64,000 nt of DNA from Candidatus Poseidoniaceae archaeon. GTDB lineage: Archaea; Thermoplasmatota; Poseidoniia; Poseidoniales; Poseidoniaceae. Of this stretch, positions 57,578-64,000 are shown one piece after another. The first letter of the stretch is position 1; the number at the start of each line of letters is the position of its first letter. The notes under the pieces were generated by a model that did no database searches, was not told the origin of the DNA, and saw only the letters and a program-made list of their open reading frames with translations. The DNA is taken from the NCBI GenBank assembly GCA_028356125.1, contig JAOMTZ010000002.1:70707-134706 (forward strand), in the 5' to 3' direction. A program made the position numbers and the translations under genes.

Positions 57578-57640
57578 TAGGGGTTACTCAAAGGCTATTA
57601 AGGCAAATGGAACAATGTTCATACATAATTTTGTCAAAAC

Positions 57641-57657
57641 TCTCCCCTACGGGGAGA
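57641..57657 (-). terminator. 7-bp hairpin followed by an oligo-T run, downstream of the 970-aa gene
   Basis: On the minus strand the sequence reads TCTCCCC-GTA-GGGGAGA and then GTTTTG. It lies 23 nt after the stop at 57680 and about 60 nt before the start of the 2969-aa gene. Confidence 0.35.
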
Positions 57658-57679
57658 ATGTATCGATAAAATGTTGAGT

Positions 57680-60592
57680 TCAAAGGTCTTCTAAATCATC
57701 AAGAAGTTCCAAGTCATCTTCATCTTCAAAATCATCTTCTTCTGTAACAATATCCGGAATATCTTCGAGTTGATCACTTACCATTTGATTGGTAAACTCT
57801 TCCTCTTCGAATGCTGCGAATTCCCTAGCAGAAGTTTGCCCCCTTCGGTAAATTGCGAGGAATACAACAAGTAGTATTCCCACGTAAAGTCCGATGGTTT
57901 GTGGGCTTTCAAAGTCTAGAGCGGCATTAGTGATACATGAGAATCCTTCACATGCGGTCGAGAACACAAATTGAGGTGTTTGCTTGAGCGTGTTTGTGCT
58001 TACTTCACTGTCTAGAGGTTCAACCGATAGTACGACGATTGCATCTTTTCCTCCAACTAAATCCTCTGAGGATTTTAGAATCAAAGTAAATTCGCTAGTT
58101 GTAAATGCTGGAATCTCGAGCAAGATTGTATTACCTTGCTGAGTTGAACCGCTAGTCGAGAAACTTGCAGACCACCCAGATGGTAAAGATTGCGCGGAGA
58201 TAATTACGTCTAATTCGACGTTATTTGAATTCTCCACACGGAATTCTACATTTTGTTCAGAACCAGGCAGGAAAGGAGTAATTTCTGTAATTCTTTCGAC
58301 AAAGATCCGGCCAGGCTTGACTTCTTCTTCAACAATTATCTCTAATGGCAAATCGAAGTATCTTGGGTCCCCTTCTGACACTTCTTCAGTAATTCGGAGA
58401 TATAACGTGTGGTTTTTAGCAAGTACTTGGTCTCGCATATCGATTGTTACTTCAATGTCACCTTGTGAATCAGGCATTAGTTGAATGGCCACTACATCTG
58501 CACCATCATCGCCCTGAATGGAATAATCCCATGTACCGTATGCTGGGTCTCCTGTGTCGTTATTGGTATTTTTATCGAGCTTGTCTGGAGAGATAATTCT
58601 CCAGGTGTTTTCAGTACCTCCGTCAGTACTATCAGTTATTCTGACATCGAAGGATACTGTTGAACCCGGTGCCACTGGACCGACACTACCAATTTCTTGT
58701 CCGTCAGAATCCGAGATTACTTCGGCAAGGATTCCAAAGGTTCGATGCACTGTGAATGAAACTGACGAACTTTGTTGATCATCCCCTGCGCTGAAGCAAA
58801 TAATAGTGAATAAACCAATATCTACATCATCCCTGTTTGATGGAGGATAAATCTTCATCATCAGAGATAGGGTTTCATGTGAACCAATGTCTGGTGTCAA
58901 AGCATACGGGCCTGATGTCGTCAATTCAGTGTCAGTATCATTATCGAAGAATGTGTAAGTCCAACTAGAACTTGGTGCATCTTCAACTTTCAACCTATAG
59001 GTATCTGTATCGAAACCTGCGTTGAATAAATCGATGTAAAACGGCTCACCAGGAATCGACATACCAGAATCAATGTAATGTGATAATGTTTCATCGAAAG
59101 CCTCGGGTCGGTTAGAGTCAGCAATCTGTATTTGGTGCTCCTCATCTTCGTAGATGTTCAGCCTAGGAGGTGCGAATACTCCTACTTCTTCTACATCCAT
59201 TACTATTTTCTCTATTACTACCTCTTCGCGAATATTGTCTTCATTTTCCACGAATCCACGAGCCCATACTTCAATTCGATCAGGGGCAGTAGAAAGGTCG
59301 CCATCAGGCGCATAGATGGATAGTGTGGCAATCTTGAATGAACCTCCACCATTGAGTGAATATCCGCCTGGCCGATCCCATACTGGTGACGACCAAGTTG
59401 ATGGCAGAGACGTGAACAATTCGAACTCAACATCCATTTGAATTCCAGCAGAACCTGTGTGTTCCACCATGAACTCAACGTCGCTTTGCTGACCAGGAGC
59501 AATCAATACGTTGTCAGATTGATCAACAGGTAGTGAGAGATACATTCCGTACTCCATGAAATCAATACCAACGTGACGATAAACCACTACGTGGCCTTGA
59601 ACATCGGTTATCTCTAGAGAGAGATTATAGTGACCGGGCGCCATTCCAGAATCATAGGTCCAAGTGTAGTTTCCAACCAAACCATTGTTGTCTAACCTTA
59701 GGTCGTCATCTTCAAACTCTTTGTCGAATACTGAATTGGTACCCGATGGAGTTGAAAGAACTAAGTTGACTGAATTGATGTCATCCCTACCGAATGCATC
59801 ACGAACATCGACAGAAAATTGGATTGTTCTGAAATCAGGCCTATGGTTTGGAGACCATTCTAATTGTTCAGCATCGGTCCAAATTCCTCCGGAAGCGTGA
59901 ACTTTTACGCTCGAATCAGAAAGTGCATTAGCCTTCATAGAGATTCTTGAAAATCCATTTGTTTGTTCAACATCACCATAGGCGACTAACACTTCACAGT
60001 CCCCGCCCTGTCCGATTCCGCCTTGTTGACCTTCACAAGAAGCAGAACCATCAATTTGAAGTCTAAGTTGAGCGCCTTGTTCAACCTTGAATCCATCTTC
60101 TGGAATATCGAAGAAAACTTCATTCAGTGTCCATGAACAATCGCTGTTAAACAAGCCACTGTTACACGGATCATCCAATGTCATTGTCTCGGTGTAAGTA
60201 TTGCCCCCTACAGAGTTCAGAGTGAAAGTCAAGTCAGCAGTTGATTGCTCTTGACCTGTGAACTGTAAATAAATGTACAAGTGAACTTCAGTAGCGCTCC
60301 CCTGCCCATAAATAGTCAAATCACTAATCATATCGGGAGAACGGAATTCCACCCCAGAAAGTATGTTGGCCTCTTTGTGAGCACCTTCTGGTTCCATGGT
60401 TGTAATCTCACCATCTCCGCCGGAATCACCTTCTTCATCCAAGTACAAATTGTAGGTTTCTAGGTTTGCTGGAACCTGCTTGACAACCGTCTCCTGTTCG
60501 AGAGTTTCAAACTCTACAACAGGAAGACCTGAAGATAGCATCAACAACAACACGAGGACAGGAACAAAACGTGATTTTAGCATGCGCACCAA
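57680..60592 (-). CDS. Large (970 aa) exported protein with C-terminal TM anchor and poly-acidic tail
   Basis: The signal peptide is FVPVLVLLLMLSSGLPVV. The ectodomain is beta-rich with no recognised family. The TM helix is IGLYVGILLVVFLAIY. The tail is EEDDFEDEDDLELLDDLEDL. Confidence 0.7.
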   Translation of the reverse strand: MVRMLKSRFVPVLVLLLMLSSGLPVVEFETLEQETVVKQVPANLETYNLYLDEEGDSGGDGEITTMEPEGAHKEANILSGVEFRSPDMISDLTIYGQGSATEVHLYIYLQFTGQEQSTADLTFTLNSVGGNTYTETMTLDDPCNSGLFNSDCSWTLNEVFFDIPEDGFKVEQGAQLRLQIDGSASCEGQQGGIGQGGDCEVLVAYGDVEQTNGFSRISMKANALSDSSVKVHASGGIWTDAEQLEWSPNHRPDFRTIQFSVDVRDAFGRDDINSVNLVLSTPSGTNSVFDKEFEDDDLRLDNNGLVGNYTWTYDSGMAPGHYNLSLEITDVQGHVVVYRHVGIDFMEYGMYLSLPVDQSDNVLIAPGQQSDVEFMVEHTGSAGIQMDVEFELFTSLPSTWSSPVWDRPGGYSLNGGGSFKIATLSIYAPDGDLSTAPDRIEVWARGFVENEDNIREEVVIEKIVMDVEEVGVFAPPRLNIYEDEEHQIQIADSNRPEAFDETLSHYIDSGMSIPGEPFYIDLFNAGFDTDTYRLKVEDAPSSSWTYTFFDNDTDTELTTSGPYALTPDIGSHETLSLMMKIYPPSNRDDVDIGLFTIICFSAGDDQQSSSVSFTVHRTFGILAEVISDSDGQEIGSVGPVAPGSTVSFDVRITDSTDGGTENTWRIISPDKLDKNTNNDTGDPAYGTWDYSIQGDDGADVVAIQLMPDSQGDIEVTIDMRDQVLAKNHTLYLRITEEVSEGDPRYFDLPLEIIVEEEVKPGRIFVERITEITPFLPGSEQNVEFRVENSNNVELDVIISAQSLPSGWSASFSTSGSTQQGNTILLEIPAFTTSEFTLILKSSEDLVGGKDAIVVLSVEPLDSEVSTNTLKQTPQFVFSTACEGFSCITNAALDFESPQTIGLYVGILLVVFLAIYRRGQTSAREFAAFEEEEFTNQMVSDQLEDIPDIVTEEDDFEDEDDLELLDDLEDL

Positions 60593-60664
60593 TATACCGT
60601 CTGCGCCCGGGTGTTAAACCGTTTTGCACGGATTGCATCCTAGGACAGTCACCCTACGGGTGAT

Positions 60665-63064
60665 TCATTTACGCCGTAGAGACCACGCCGTGGCTCCACA
60701 AAGTCCGATAATTAGCAAAATCATCGGGTCAAATGTCCAATTGTCAATGATTGATATTTCAGACTGTCCGCCTTGGCCCCCTTCACAACCAGCAGGAGGC
60801 GGCCCAATTCCTGGCCCCCAAGTCTCACCAAATCCATCACAATCCCCGCCGCCACCTTGGCCGCCACCAGCATCACTAGACATGTCAGCTTCACCATGAT
60901 AGCAGATCAAGAAGTATGGGAATCCCATATCACCATCTCCATTTTGCATTGTGGTGTGATAATGATAGATCCCTTGAGGGAAATCAGGAGTTGGTCCAAA
61001 ATGACCATTGCATACATCTAGATGGCCAAGACCTTCCGTGTATTGATAATCGTCAATTCCATTATATCCTGTTTGCCCGTTCTTCAGTTCGTACGAACTT
61101 TTCATCTCTACAACATTCATATTGTCATCATATCCCCAGAAACCATAGATCGGATAACCATCATATGCGACTCCGATTACTTTCGAGTGATTGCCGTCAT
61201 AGGTATTTTGAGCAACTGCTTGGATTGTAGATTCATCATAATCATTCTCAATAGATTCTCCTTCCTCTGGATGCCAATGCATACAATTTCCATCCGCATG
61301 ATAATGATAGGTTCCACCTTGTGCAGCATGACCATGGCAAATACCCAATTCTATTGGTTGCCTATCTTCGTTGTAGGCGCCATGTTCGGCAGCAACTGCG
61401 TCTCCGCCAGGACCATCTTCTGGACCATAGATTGGAACGCCATTAATCGATAGTGCTACCGCACCACGGTCAGGAGCACACTCGTAAGCACCAGCTGCTT
61501 CTGGACAATTAGAACTGTCGTGACCACCTGTTGTATCGTTAACAGGGCTTCTTGGAATTGACCAGGAATAAGATTGTGCCACAGCACAATCACCCGCCTG
61601 AGAACAAGCTAAAGTGGATTCAAAATCATGATTAGGCAACCCATTTGTTGCAATAATCAAGTGGGTCTCATTAAGCGTGATAGATACCTCGCACTGATGG
61701 TTCTCAGTTGTAGTAGTTGTAAGATCATCAACCGACGGCCTGTCATCTGTCGATTGACATTGGAAAAAGTCGAGCCAGAACTGTGCTAAGTCTGTAGCAT
61801 CATAACCCAGTTCAATGACACTCAATGTCACGCTGGCTGTACCTGAACCTGCACTATTGTTTGCGAATACAGTAAATGTATTTTCAGTCATAACTTCAGA
61901 CGGAGTTCCACTAATTCTACCAGAGATATTATCGAATGACAACCCGTTTGGCAACTCAGGATATATCTCCATTGATTCAATATGTCCACCAATACTTGAG
62001 AAGGTGATATCTGTCATCGCAGTACCGTTAGTAAGTGACTGTGAAACTGTATAAGGTGTTATTTCTGGGACAGTTATTACTGCAGTTAAAACAAGAGTTT
62101 CTTTACAGAAATCTTCACCATCATCAACATAAAACTCGAAAGTAAAATTTCCAATAATATCTGGTGTAAATTCTGCAATTATGTTTGAAGGATTAACTAT
62201 CTCTGCTACCGAATCCTCTGGGGCTTCGATAATTTGCCACGAAGGGTTCTGTAACGTGTCGCCATCTGTATCTCCTGAATTACTAGCATCAAGATAAACT
62301 AATTCATTTACATCAGTAGTCATATTATTACCAACATTACAACTTGGAGGGGTGTTTTCTCCAGTACTATCATACTCACAACTGCCATCATCATCAGTTG
62401 CTTCTGAATTGTAATTATTTGCATATTGATCGGTACAACCTGCAACTTCATCAGAATCTAAAACTCCATCATCATCTTGGTCAAAATCACAACTACCGTC
62501 ATCATTCGTTGCATTTGAATCATAATTATTAGCAGTGCTATTAGTACAGCCGTCGATTAATTCTGCAGTAATTAATATTGTAATATTATCAGACCAGGTG
62601 TCTTCTGGCAGATTATGAGCTCTAAATGTGATAGAGATATCTTGGCTTCGATCTTCTACTTCAGGCGCAAAACTCCAGGTACCATTCATGTCTGTAGCCA
62701 AATTATCTCCACTTGAAATTCCTTCAGCAGATTCCATTACCCAATTTATCCTTACTTCCATTGGGTGGTCATGAATCACATTACCTGTAACGAATTGTTC
62801 TCCTTCGATTTCAACTAAAATCGCCTCTAAAACGGGGTCGGCATGAAGATGTTTAGAATGATCAATTACATCCTCATCAGAACTATCTGAACAATCTTCA
62901 AATCCATTATTCTGTAAATCTGCAGAAATTTCATCTCCATTATCGCAAACAAAAACGACATCTCCGGTATCGTTACCTTCCTCGTTATTTCTGTCTATTA
63001 CGATATACCCAATTATCGAAAATACCAAAATCCCGATTAATACAACCGGAGCCGCCTTACTCAT
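60665..63064 (-). CDS. Exported multidomain protein (799 aa) with LDLa-like acidic motif, tandem CxxxxAxNY..AT.DDGSC repeats, PKD/He_PIG-type Ig domains, YHYH domain and C-terminal anchor
   Basis: - N-terminal TM helix.
- LDLa-like motif: FVCDNGDEISADLQNNGFEDCSDSSDE.
- Tandem repeats: CTNSTANNYDSNATNDDGSC and CTDQYANNYNSEATDDDGSC.
- He_PIG-type motif: LPNGLSFDNISGRISGTPS.
- YHYH motifs: GTYHYHADG and GIYHYHTT.
- Gly/Gln-rich Cys loop, then the TM helix ILLIIGLCGATAW followed by RRK. Confidence 0.75.
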   Translation of the reverse strand: MSKAAPVVLIGILVFSIIGYIVIDRNNEEGNDTGDVVFVCDNGDEISADLQNNGFEDCSDSSDEDVIDHSKHLHADPVLEAILVEIEGEQFVTGNVIHDHPMEVRINWVMESAEGISSGDNLATDMNGTWSFAPEVEDRSQDISITFRAHNLPEDTWSDNITILITAELIDGCTNSTANNYDSNATNDDGSCDFDQDDDGVLDSDEVAGCTDQYANNYNSEATDDDGSCEYDSTGENTPPSCNVGNNMTTDVNELVYLDASNSGDTDGDTLQNPSWQIIEAPEDSVAEIVNPSNIIAEFTPDIIGNFTFEFYVDDGEDFCKETLVLTAVITVPEITPYTVSQSLTNGTAMTDITFSSIGGHIESMEIYPELPNGLSFDNISGRISGTPSEVMTENTFTVFANNSAGSGTASVTLSVIELGYDATDLAQFWLDFFQCQSTDDRPSVDDLTTTTTENHQCEVSITLNETHLIIATNGLPNHDFESTLACSQAGDCAVAQSYSWSIPRSPVNDTTGGHDSSNCPEAAGAYECAPDRGAVALSINGVPIYGPEDGPGGDAVAAEHGAYNEDRQPIELGICHGHAAQGGTYHYHADGNCMHWHPEEGESIENDYDESTIQAVAQNTYDGNHSKVIGVAYDGYPIYGFWGYDDNMNVVEMKSSYELKNGQTGYNGIDDYQYTEGLGHLDVCNGHFGPTPDFPQGIYHYHTTMQNGDGDMGFPYFLICYHGEADMSSDAGGGQGGGGDCDGFGETWGPGIGPPPAGCEGGQGGQSEISIIDNWTFDPMILLIIGLCGATAWSLRRK

Positions 63065-63196
63065 TAAACTAAAATATCTGCAAAAGCATTTAATCCCTTA
63101 GTAGTCATGTCCTATACGTATATTCTGAGATACTTGTAAAATCTGGCCATTTGTCCCGACTCATTGATAAATTGTAAGCCTCGCCGATTGATTGAC

Positions 63197-63282
63197 GCAG
63201 GGGTTGCCGAGTTGGTCAAAGGCGCCGGGCTTAAGATCCGGTCTCGATGGGTTCGTGAGTTCGAATCTCACCCCCTGCACCA
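63197..63282 (+). tRNA. tRNA-Leu (anticodon UAA), class II with long variable arm, CCA encoded
   Basis: The acceptor stem is GCAGGGG/CCCCTGC. The anticodon stem is CCGGG/TCCGG with loop CTTAAGA. The T arm is GTGAG-TTCGAAT-CTCAC. The 3' end is ACCA at 63279-63282. Confidence 0.9.
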
Positions 63283-63996
63283 TTAAGTTAGAGACCATCC
63301 ACCATCTACTGGTAATATGAAACCAGTAATGTAAGAAGCATCTGCTAGGAATTTCACAGCCCCTGCAATGTCTTCAGGGGTACCTGCCCTTCCAAGTGGA
63401 ACTTTTTCCAGAATTTTCTCGAACCTTTCTTTCTCCCATGCTGCGGCTAGAATTGCTCCAGGAGCTATCCCATTGACCCTTATTTCAGGTGCTAATTCTC
63501 CTGCTAGATTAATCAATAGTTGGCGTAGTGCAGCCTTGGTAGCAGTATAGTGAGCCAACTCCTCCCAAGCATGGTCCCAACTGGTGTCAACCATACCAAT
63601 TACACTACCTTTTTTCGCCTTCAACTTTGGTACTAAACCTTGAGTTATGAAAAATGGGGCATCAAGGTGGATTGAGGAGAATCTACGTAACTCTTGCGGA
63701 GTAACTGTGGCGAAGTCTTCTTGATTATAGATTGAGGCATTATGGACCAGTAGGTCAATACCTCCTGCTTCATCCACTAATTCATGATCATGAATTTCTT
63801 CGATGATTCTGAATAATTCTTCATCATTCGAAAGGTCCCCTGAAACGATTGCACCTTTCCCTCTTTTTATCAAATGTTTAGCCTGAGTGACGGAACGATT
63901 GCAATGGATTATTACAGCCCATCCTTCATCGATTAGCATATTGGTTATTGCAGCGCCAATTCGTCTAGCCCCGCCGGTAATTACAGCCACTCGCAT
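63283..63996 (-). CDS. Short-chain dehydrogenase/reductase (pteridine-reductase/FolM-like SDR)
   Basis: VAVITGGARRIGAAI (TGxxxxxG), NASIY, and the YxxxK motif in HYTATKAAL are present. The stop codon abuts the tRNA-Leu 3' end. Confidence 0.8.
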   Translation of the reverse strand: MRVAVITGGARRIGAAITNMLIDEGWAVIIHCNRSVTQAKHLIKRGKGAIVSGDLSNDEELFRIIEEIHDHELVDEAGGIDLLVHNASIYNQEDFATVTPQELRRFSSIHLDAPFFITQGLVPKLKAKKGSVIGMVDTSWDHAWEELAHYTATKAALRQLLINLAGELAPEIRVNGIAPGAILAAAWEKERFEKILEKVPLGRAGTPEDIAGAVKFLADASYITGFILPVDGGWSLT

Positions 63997-64000
63997 AAAC

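Noticed and set aside
48668-63282. Calling the surface-protein block an integrated mobile element because it abuts a tRNA gene
   Set aside because: No integrase, transposase, direct repeat of the tRNA 3' end or phage/plasmid genes could be seen. Only the weaker flexible-island hypothesis was kept as a finding.

Overview
This is an almost fully coding archaeal chromosomal segment that looks moderately AT-rich by eye. All family calls come from motif recognition by eye, because no searches could be run.

**Archaeal core genes**
- The rpoH-rpoB-rpoA1-rpoA2-rpl30e operon lies on the minus strand at 10.5-19.9 kb.
- Other core genes are PurP, a Pop5-like RNase P subunit, an XPD helicase, tRNA-Lys(UUU) and tRNA-Leu(UAA).

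**Metabolism**
- Glutamate dehydrogenase.
- The methylmalonyl-CoA mutase B12-binding subunit with MeaB, placed divergently from a carboxyltransferase / small-subunit / biotin-carrier cluster.
- AsnB, a GshA-type ligase, a sodium:solute symporter and an SDR.

**Most unusual loci**
1. A five-gene Rieske/split-cytochrome-b operon (25.1-30.9 kb). Its subunit-IV-like gene is fused to an extracytoplasmic domain and a cytoplasmic HdrD/GlpC-like 2x[4Fe-4S] + 2xCCG module.
2. A tightly overlapped minus-strand operon (31.8-37.1 kb) encoding AsnB, a GshA-like ligase, a saccharopine-dehydrogenase-like protein, a membrane protein, a ferredoxin and small membrane proteins.
3. Lineage-specific additions to RNA polymerase. 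The same HhH-like N-terminal module plus basic linker is present on both RpoH and RpoA''. RpoA' also carries a Cys-bracketed insertion of about 135 residues.
4. A 333-nt intergenic region upstream of xpd packed with six stem-loops, including perfect 8, 9 and 10 bp stems. It also holds a 59-codon ORF just below the ORF-track cutoff.
5. A 14.4-kb block of three giant exported-protein genes (2969, 970 and 799 aa) that ends next to tRNA-Leu.

**Not found:** rRNA, CRISPR arrays, transposases or integrases.

**Taxonomy:** the gene content (TSP3/SBBP surface giants, aerobic heterotroph functions) fits a planktonic marine Thermoplasmatota / Marine-Group-II-like archaeon. This is inference only.
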